From: Patescibacteria group bacterium | GTDB lineage: Bacteria; Patescibacteriota; Microgenomatia; UBA10105; UBA927 | Length of the DNA stretch: 64,000 nt | Direction: 5' to 3' | NCBI GenBank assembly: GCA_038062795.1 | Contig: JBBTWM010000033.1 | Location: 5,615 to 69,614 of the forward strand | Shown: positions 57,316-64,000 of the stretch, piece by piece | Layout of the letters: the number at the start of each line of letters is the position of its first letter | How positions within the stretch are numbered: the first letter of the stretch is position 1 | The notes under the pieces: model-generated | What the model was told of the DNA's origin: nothing | Databases searched by the model: none | Seen by the model: only the letters and a program-made list of their open reading frames with translations | Program-made: the position numbers and the translations under genes

Positions 57316-57908
57316 ACAAATATTTTTCTATACTTGCAAGAAAAGGATTTGTTGAGTGTGTTGTCGGCGCAGTATCGATAAGTGTTATGAAACTATACTC
57401 TCTCGTGCAATCTGTTTTTTTGAATACGCGCGGATACGGCATAGGATCCGGCGTTATAGTGAGTCCCACAGCAGTTTTCTTTCAAAGCAGAAGTAGAGCT
57501 ATCTCGGTCGGGCGAAACACTCGAATCGGGAGAAATACGAGAATTAATGCAGGATTTGACGGAAAAATAAACATTGGCGCAAATGCACATATAGATGATG
57601 GTACGTTTATTATGGCCCAGGAGGATATACGCATAGGCAGCGATACGTGGATAGCCGGGTGTTGTTTTATTACCGACTTTAATCATTCATTTGAAAAAAG
57701 GAACATAAAAATATCAGATCAGGGATATGAAACGAAGCCGGTACGTATAGGCGCAGATGTTTGGATAGGTACGCACAGCGTCATATTACCTGGTGTCACA
57801 ATAGGCGATGGGGCAGTCATTGGGGCAGGATCGATTGTGACCAAGAGTGTACCCCCATATGCGGTAGTTGCAGGAAACCCTGCGAAGATCATAAAACTAA
57901 GAAAATGA
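57300..57908 (+). CDS. hexapeptide-repeat (LbH) O-acetyltransferase, maltose/galactoside acetyltransferase-like
   Basis: Repeated [LIV]G..x..I hexads: [63 protein letters not shown]...[10 protein letters not shown]. An alternative ATG lies at 57312. Confidence 0.75.
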   Translation: MAANMNKYFSILARKGFVECVVGAVSISVMKLYSLVQSVFLNTRGYGIGSGVIVSPTAVFFQSRSRAISVGRNTRIGRNTRINAGFDGKINIGANAHIDDGTFIMAQEDIRIGSDTWIAGCCFITDFNHSFEKRNIKISDQGYETKPVRIGADVWIGTHSVILPGVTIGDGAVIGAGSIVTKSVPPYAVVAGNPAKIIKLRK

Positions 57909-60898
57909 ATTTCTTACGTAAGCACGCATTTGTTATATTCATTGGGTTTGTTATTGCATTCCTGTATCACAACTGGTTTTCCAAAGGGTTATTGACTGCT
58001 CCTGATTTTTCCTATATATCCCCGTTGCAACTGCATGATCTGAAAGATCTTCCGTTTGCTTGGTCGAGCATGTTTGGTTCAGGACTCGGGGGATCGACCT
58101 TTAATATTCTGAATTTAGAAACGTACTTACATCTTGGTGTTCAATTGGTAGTTTTTCTGATGCATATACCATGGAACGCAGCATATCGAATTCTTTTCTT
58201 TTGGCCGTTTCTTCTCATTGGCTCCGTTTCATCATTTTATTTCTGCCATGAAATATTGAAGCACAAGGCTATTTCCGCATTGGGAATGCTTATCTACATG
58301 ACGAACACCTACGTACTGATGCTGGCGGGTGGTGGGCAGGTAGGGCTAATGATGGCCTATGCGTTCGCTCCATTAGTACTAGCGAGTTTTATAAAGAGGA
58401 ATACGGTGTTATTTATTTTTTCGACTGCAATGCTTTTGTTGTTTGATTTGCGATTCAGCTTTCTTATCGCCGGAGTGATAATGTTATATTCGTTATTTAT
58501 TATTCCGAGGAGAGAATGGGCCTCTCTCATGTTGTGGTGTATAGTTCCGCTGCTTATTGTTATCGGAATTCATAGCTTTTGGATTATTCCTACGGTATTT
58601 GGCGGCGGGTTGGCTTTGCCGGAGGGATATGGAAGTTCCGATTGGCTCAAATTTTTAAGCTGGGCGGAATTTTCAAAATCCCTTTCATTGCTTCACCCGA
58701 ATTGGCCGGAAAATATATTTGGTAAAACCTATTTTTTTCAGCCGGAGTTTATAGGGATTCCGATTGTCGCGTTTAGCTCGTTTTTGTTTATACGATCTCC
58801 AAAACAGAAAACGACCCGTCAGCATATCTTATTCTTTTCTCTATTAAGTTTAGTTGGTATATTTTTTTCGAAAGGGATTAACCCGCCTTTTGGTGGTGTG
58901 AATGAATGGTTTTTTTTGCACGCGCCTTTTTTTAATGGATTTCGGGATCCCACCAAGTTTTATTTGATAACTATTATTTCTTATAGCGTCCTTATCCCGT
59001 TTGCACTTTTAAATATTTCGGATTTATTAAAGGTGAAACTTCTAAAATACAGGAACATTATGTCACCCGTAACGTTGGTAATATTTTTAGGGCTATGGTT
59101 GGTAACGATACGTGCACTTGTCGTTGGAGATGTCGGCGGAACGTTCGGAAAATTAACCGTTCCAACGGCATATGATGATTTTGGTAAATTCGTTTATTCC
59201 AATAATTCCTTCGGACGGACATTGGTCGTTCCATGGAAAAACAGATTTGTATTTCAGTCGGAAAATCATCCCGTGGTGAATGCGAGGGATGTATTTCAGA
59301 CGACAGATATAGAGCGCATTGCTGCATTGTTTCGTGAACCGTCGACAGAAATGAAATTAAGGCAACTCGCGGTTAAATATGTCGTTGTACCGGATGATTT
59401 CACTAATGAGATTTTTCTAAATGACAGATCCCCTGATCCCGAGTTGCGGTCGCGCGTCGTAGGCATATTAGATAAGCTGCCTTATCTGGACAAAATAAAG
59501 AGATTTGACGGATTAGATTATTATGAATTTACAAAGTTTACCGGCCATTTTTTTACTATATTACCCAATCTGGATGCCGCGGTGTATGTACATCGTAAAA
59601 TAAGTCCTGTGACATATTCGGTTGATGTCACGTTGTCTCAACGACCTGTCGATGTCATATTTTCTGAAGCGTATGATCCTACTTGGGAGCTTTGGGATGG
59701 AGAAAAAATAGTTCACCCTCATAAAACGCCGGATGGAGTTATGGCATTCTCCATAGACTCGGATATAACCGGACAGCTTACTGTTCATAATACGAATCAG
59801 AGGTGGGTCGACTTAGGATATACGACGACATTGGTTGTGCTGATACTGATCATCTTGTTGGGGTATGTCCTATTGTGCAGGAGGTACCGTCTAGGATTTA
59901 AGATACATGCGGTGTTGCTGACTGTTGGAGTCAGTCTATATTTTATTTTCGTACAGAAAGATACGTCTCTCCATGCGTTATACGACAAGGATATTCTGTG
60001 GTCAACCGAGTGGCGACATTTATACAATCCAATTCTAGACAAATCGCTTATGGTGTCCCGTTATGGAGGCGCTGAAATAAGATTTCGCGTTCGTAATAGC
60101 AAGGAAATAGTGATACAAGCAGCGAGCTCCAACGATGAGGCGCATATACAGGGCATTGATGTGACAATAGACGGAAAAACCACAACGCTGGAAACTCCAA
60201 TCTACGATGCCAGGATGACTGTCGGTACGGCAGACTCTTTAAAGAAGCCGGTCGATGTAGTTATAAGGCATTGGTGCGCTGGGACAATGGGACCGTGTGA
60301 CTTGGCTATTACAGATATCCAGATCGATAAAGGAGCTTCTATTGAACCATCTGGACAGCATCAGAAAAAAATATTGGCTGTGTTAGGGGACTCGATCTCA
60401 GTTTCGTTTGGTAATCTGAATTATACTTATGCTCTTGTGGAAAAGCTTGGATATCGTTTGCATAACGCATCTATTTTTGGATCGACTATCGTTGAGGCGC
60501 AAGGTTGGGACTGGAGTATGAGCCGCTATCGCAAGGATATTATCGCCTACAAGCCTGATGTGTTGCTTATATTTTTGGGAACGAACGATTTATTGCACGA
60601 TAAACAGATTTTCCGCAATAATTATAATTCGATGCTCGGTGAGATCAAGGAGAAAAGTCCGAACACAAAAATTATTTCTTTTGGGTTATTACGAAGAAAA
60701 GACTTTACTTGGTTCCAAGTCACCAACGTTAGCAGAATAATTGCGTCTATTGCCGAAGAGAATAACGTCCAGTATGTTGATCCGTATAATTGGTTAGATG
60801 AAAATGACCTGCAGGACGTAGTGCATCCTTCTCCAAAGAGTCAACAAAAATTAGCCGATAGAATGTACGAGGCATTGTCTCAGGTTGTCGCTAATTGA
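57905..60898 (+). CDS. large membrane protein with C-terminal SGNH/GDSL hydrolase domain
   Basis: The N-terminal ~650 aa are polytopic. The C-terminus has GDSL block I ([10 protein letters not shown]), block III GTNDLL, and block [15 protein letters not shown] (the DxxH catalytic dyad). Confidence 0.6.
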   Translation: MNFLRKHAFVIFIGFVIAFLYHNWFSKGLLTAPDFSYISPLQLHDLKDLPFAWSSMFGSGLGGSTFNILNLETYLHLGVQLVVFLMHIPWNAAYRILFFWPFLLIGSVSSFYFCHEILKHKAISALGMLIYMTNTYVLMLAGGGQVGLMMAYAFAPLVLASFIKRNTVLFIFSTAMLLLFDLRFSFLIAGVIMLYSLFIIPRREWASLMLWCIVPLLIVIGIHSFWIIPTVFGGGLALPEGYGSSDWLKFLSWAEFSKSLSLLHPNWPENIFGKTYFFQPEFIGIPIVAFSSFLFIRSPKQKTTRQHILFFSLLSLVGIFFSKGINPPFGGVNEWFFLHAPFFNGFRDPTKFYLITIISYSVLIPFALLNISDLLKVKLLKYRNIMSPVTLVIFLGLWLVTIRALVVGDVGGTFGKLTVPTAYDDFGKFVYSNNSFGRTLVVPWKNRFVFQSENHPVVNARDVFQTTDIERIAALFREPSTEMKLRQLAVKYVVVPDDFTNEIFLNDRSPDPELRSRVVGILDKLPYLDKIKRFDGLDYYEFTKFTGHFFTILPNLDAAVYVHRKISPVTYSVDVTLSQRPVDVIFSEAYDPTWELWDGEKIVHPHKTPDGVMAFSIDSDITGQLTVHNTNQRWVDLGYTTTLVVLILIILLGYVLLCRRYRLGFKIHAVLLTVGVSLYFIFVQKDTSLHALYDKDILWSTEWRHLYNPILDKSLMVSRYGGAEIRFRVRNSKEIVIQAASSNDEAHIQGIDVTIDGKTTTLETPIYDARMTVGTADSLKKPVDVVIRHWCAGTMGPCDLAITDIQIDKGASIEPSGQHQKKILAVLGDSISVSFGNLNYTYALVEKLGYRLHNASIFGSTIVEAQGWDWSMSRYRKDIIAYKPDVLLIFLGTNDLLHDKQIFRNNYNSMLGEIKEKSPNTKIISFGLLRRKDFTWFQVTNVSRIIASIAEENNVQYVDPYNWLDENDLQDVVHPSPKSQQKLADRMYEALSQVVAN

Positions 60899-60938
60899 CT
60901 TAGATGTCAAAGGCATTTCACAGTTTTTTATAGAAATA

Positions 60939-62495
60939 ATGAACATGAGTAAGGTAACTGGTAAAAAGACTTCTCGGTATTTTCTATTTCTTTTATTTCT
61001 GTTGTTTGCAGTATTCCTTGCCGTAGTATTCCGGCTTTATCAGCGGATAGGCGTTTTTGGGTGCGGCGATGAGTGTATCAATTACACGGCTGGCTACTTT
61101 ATCCTCCTGGGCAAATCGCTTTACAGTCAAATATTTTTTAATCACCAACCGACATTGGCGTTTATAAGCACTTTCATACAATGGGTGTCACAGCCGAAGG
61201 ATCTCTATCATCTCGTGCTCTACCACAGGGTATTTATGATTTTATACTCGTTTGGTATGGCGGTGTTTCTGATTTGGCGTTTTCGGCTGCGCGCCATGTT
61301 ATTTTTACTTCTTTATGAAGGGACGAAATACTACATGTACGGATATCAATTTATCGGGGAGGCGCTTATCGTTTACCCGCTTGTATATCTTATCGGAGTA
61401 TTGTGGGAATCCTTCGAATTTAAACGAGTATCCCGAGTAGATATTTTTCTTACGGCAATCTTCACGAGTTTAGTGATTTGGACACGGGAGCCGTATGTGC
61501 CGGTAGCGGTAGTACTCGGCGGTATGCTTCTTTGGCGGGAGAAATCAAATCGGTATGCCCGCTGGGCAAGCGTTCTTATTATTTTCCTTTTGCTCGCGCC
61601 CTTTATCGTCATCCCTTTTGGGGAATACGTGTATCAGGTTATTGTCATTAACATCCCGGCGGCTAGCTCTGTGGTCGGTGGAGGGAATAGGATTTCATCT
61701 ATATTGTATTCGCTGCTCTATCCTATATTGTTGTTTTTCCATGGTAAATGGAGCTATTTGAGGTTGATAGAAATTGGTATCGCTTCATTTTTTTGGGTTA
61801 GTCTGGTTATTTGGTGGCGGGGAACCAAAAAATATACTCCGATAGGCATTTTGCTTCTTATCCTGGGACTTGCGGGTATTAGGACGGTAGCACCGGGAAC
61901 CATGTACTTTGAAGCGTTTCACATGCTCCCGTGGTATGCATTATTTGTCATGGTTACCGTATTGATCATGACCTCAATAAAAGAAAAAAAGATTCAGAGC
62001 ATATTAGTTGGTGCGTTTGTTATTTTTTTCTGTTGGGCATTTGCCTCGCCACAGTCATTTATATGGGAAAATGTGGATACGCGAGGCGAATTTGCGAGCC
62101 AATATTCCCAATATACCCAGTATTCTCAGGCGATACAAATAGCCATAAAGCCTTCTCAGACTCTATTTTTGGATGTGTGGGACGACATTATCTATTGGGA
62201 GGCCAAACGCACCTCTTCATACCCGTTAAGTATCTATATACCGGCGGAAAGTTCGATACCCAGGTATCAGGAAATGCGCAGTGCTATGTTTCTCGAGTCA
62301 CCTCCTGATGCGTATTACAGTTGTCCCGTTGCACAAACGCTCACGAACAGTCCTCCGCAGGTTGTGAAGCAGGATTATGTGCAGCTTTCCAGCATTGGTA
62401 AACCCAGCTGCTTGTATATCAAGAAGGTGATAGCAAAAGCGCTCACCCCGGATCAGTGGCAGCGACTTCATGATCTGGGATTTTCTCAACTGTAG
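60939..62495 (+). CDS. polytopic membrane protein, family A paralog (DE..HQP motif)
   Basis: GDECINYTAGYFILLGKSLYSQIFFNHQPT aligns with the 12891 protein. The ATG at 60939 is preferred over the TTG at 60885. Confidence 0.45.
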   Translation: MNMSKVTGKKTSRYFLFLLFLLFAVFLAVVFRLYQRIGVFGCGDECINYTAGYFILLGKSLYSQIFFNHQPTLAFISTFIQWVSQPKDLYHLVLYHRVFMILYSFGMAVFLIWRFRLRAMLFLLLYEGTKYYMYGYQFIGEALIVYPLVYLIGVLWESFEFKRVSRVDIFLTAIFTSLVIWTREPYVPVAVVLGGMLLWREKSNRYARWASVLIIFLLLAPFIVIPFGEYVYQVIVINIPAASSVVGGGNRISSILYSLLYPILLFFHGKWSYLRLIEIGIASFFWVSLVIWWRGTKKYTPIGILLLILGLAGIRTVAPGTMYFEAFHMLPWYALFVMVTVLIMTSIKEKKIQSILVGAFVIFFCWAFASPQSFIWENVDTRGEFASQYSQYTQYSQAIQIAIKPSQTLFLDVWDDIIYWEAKRTSSYPLSIYIPAESSIPRYQEMRSAMFLESPPDAYYSCPVAQTLTNSPPQVVKQDYVQLSSIGKPSCLYIKKVIAKALTPDQWQRLHDLGFSQL

Positions 62496-62520
62496 CGAAT
62501 TGCTATGGTACAATATCCGT

Positions 62521-63462
62521 ATGATGAAAGGCACAGTGGTCGTGACCGGGGGAGCTGGATTTATCGGTAGTCATCTGGTCGATGCACTGCTTGCCAGGGG
62601 TCACAAAGTATACGCGCTTGATAATCTCATTACCGGAAACGAAGAAAATCTTGCAGAGGCGAAAAAACACCCGGAGTTCACCTTCATCAAATATGACGTG
62701 ATAAACGAGTTGCCCGTTTTAGGGCAAATTGATTATATCTATCATCTTGCTTCTCCTGCGTCCGTCCCAGATTATCAGAAATATCCGGAAGAGACAGCGC
62801 TTGTAAACACCGTTGGTACGAGGGCGCTCCTGAAAGTTGCCAAAGCGCACGGGGCCACGTTTCTTTTTACCTCCACCTCGGAGGTGTATGGGGATCCTAA
62901 GGAACATCCCCAGAAGGAAACGTATTGGGGAAACGTAAATCCTAATGGAGTCCGCGCATGTTATGATGAATCCAAGCGCTTCGGAGAGATGATGACTATG
63001 TTATATATGCGCACATATGGCGTCGACGTGAGGATTGCCCGGATATTTAATACGTATGGCCCCAGGATGCGTCCTACCGACGGACGGGTGATATCTAATT
63101 TTGTGAACCAGGCGCTCAAGGGAGAACCCATTACGGTATATGGAGATGGTAAGCAAACGCGCTCGTTTTGTTTCATAAGCGATATGGTTGAGGGACTTGT
63201 GAGTCTTATGGAAAAGGAATTGACGAAGGGCGAAGTGGTGAATATCGGTAATCCGGAAGAATATACCATGATCGATTTGGCTCACAAGGTGAAAAAGATG
63301 ATGGGAGCTACTTCCGAAATTGTTTATACGGATTTACCATTAGATGACCCGATGCAACGAAGACCCGATATTTCAAAAGCGAAAAAATTGCTCAGCTGGG
63401 AACCCAAGGTGTCCGTAGACCAGGGACTCGAAAAAACAATTGCGTATTATAAGGCGCTGTAA
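62521..63462 (+). CDS. UDP-glucuronate decarboxylase (UDP-xylose synthase)
   Basis: VVVTGGAGFIGSHLVD, YDESKRFGE and VRIARIFNTYGPRM...GRVISNF are the UXS signature. Confidence 0.7.
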   Translation: MMKGTVVVTGGAGFIGSHLVDALLARGHKVYALDNLITGNEENLAEAKKHPEFTFIKYDVINELPVLGQIDYIYHLASPASVPDYQKYPEETALVNTVGTRALLKVAKAHGATFLFTSTSEVYGDPKEHPQKETYWGNVNPNGVRACYDESKRFGEMMTMLYMRTYGVDVRIARIFNTYGPRMRPTDGRVISNFVNQALKGEPITVYGDGKQTRSFCFISDMVEGLVSLMEKELTKGEVVNIGNPEEYTMIDLAHKVKKMMGATSEIVYTDLPLDDPMQRRPDISKAKKLLSWEPKVSVDQGLEKTIAYYKAL

Positions 63463-63466
63463 TGAA

Positions 63467-63688
63467 ATGAAGCCTCAAGATATATTATTTTTTCTTGCGT
63501 TTGGAGCCCTATTGGCTATCCGAAAACCGCGTTTGTTGGTTTTTGCAGGATTGGCCTCTCTGGCGCTTGCAATCCCGCTTTTTGCGACATGGACATTTTT
63601 TACGGCTGAACGCCTCACCTGGTATGCTGCGGCGTTTTTTATGACCTTCATCATTATTTCAACTTTCCGGCCTCATCAGGTACAATAA
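63467..63688 (+). CDS. small membrane protein, hypothetical (2 TM)
   Basis: MKPQDILFFLAFGALLAI...; 73 aa from the internal ATG. Confidence 0.3.
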   Translation: MKPQDILFFLAFGALLAIRKPRLLVFAGLASLALAIPLFATWTFFTAERLTWYAAAFFMTFIIISTFRPHQVQ

Positions 63689-63693
63689 AGGGC

Positions 63694-64000
63694 ATGAAGA
63701 TTCTGGTAACCGGAGGAGCCGGGTACATCGGCAGCCACATGACACGCATGCTGGCTGAACGCGGATATGAGCCCATAGTGCTCGATACGTTTGAATTTGG
63801 CCACAAAGAGGCACTTCCCGATGGGGTCAGAATAGTTATCGGAAATGTAGGAGACCCCATAGTAATCAAACAGGTGCTGAGTGATCATAGGGTCGATGGG
63901 GTTCTTCATTTCGCGGGGTATATACAGGTTGAGGAATCGGTACGATTGCCGATCCGGTATATGCACAATAATGTTGTCGCCCCGATCACCCTCCTTGATG
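63694..64000 (+). CDS. UDP-glucose 4-epimerase (GalE-like), 3' truncated by window edge
   Basis: MKILVTGGAGYIGSHMTRMLAERGYEPIVLD, and the frame stays open to the end of the window. Confidence 0.65.
   Translation, partial: MKILVTGGAGYIGSHMTRMLAERGYEPIVLDTFEFGHKEALPDGVRIVIGNVGDPIVIKQVLSDHRVDGVLHFAGYIQVEESVRLPIRYMHNNVVAPITLLD

Overview
The window is a densely packed, almost entirely plus-strand polysaccharide and glycoconjugate biosynthesis locus of about 64 kb with roughly 52 genes. I saw no rRNA, tRNA, CRISPR array, transposase or integrase. It encodes 8 GT2 and 6 GT4 cytoplasmic glycosyltransferases and about 18 multi-pass membrane proteins that look like GT-C-type (lipid-linked-donor) glycosyltransferases. 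The membrane proteins fall into at least five paralogous families. Three are YfhO-like and five are GT39/PMT-like with an N-terminal DE motif. Three more carry an HDG..H..PRW motif, two a DE..GKLPY..HHQPG motif, and two a DQG motif. The rest of the locus has two Wzx-like flippases and four SAM-dependent methyltransferases. A nucleotide-sugar module contains a homolog of GDP-mannose 3,5-epimerase, a His-variant DegT/E1-dehydrase-like enzyme, a CDP-tyvelose-2-epimerase-like SDR, UDP-xylose synthase and GalE. There is also a putative O-acetylation module (hexapeptide acetyltransferase next to a membrane protein with a C-terminal SGNH/GDSL domain). A BRO-N/DinD-like gene is embedded in a GT2 operon. 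A 7 kb block of four genes (14629-21819) lies on the minus strand. Many adjacent genes overlap by ATGA or similar, suggesting translational coupling. Gene content and compact organisation fit an uncultivated small-genome lineage such as Patescibacteria/CPR, but that is only an inference. All family assignments come from motif recognition in the supplied translations, not from database searches.
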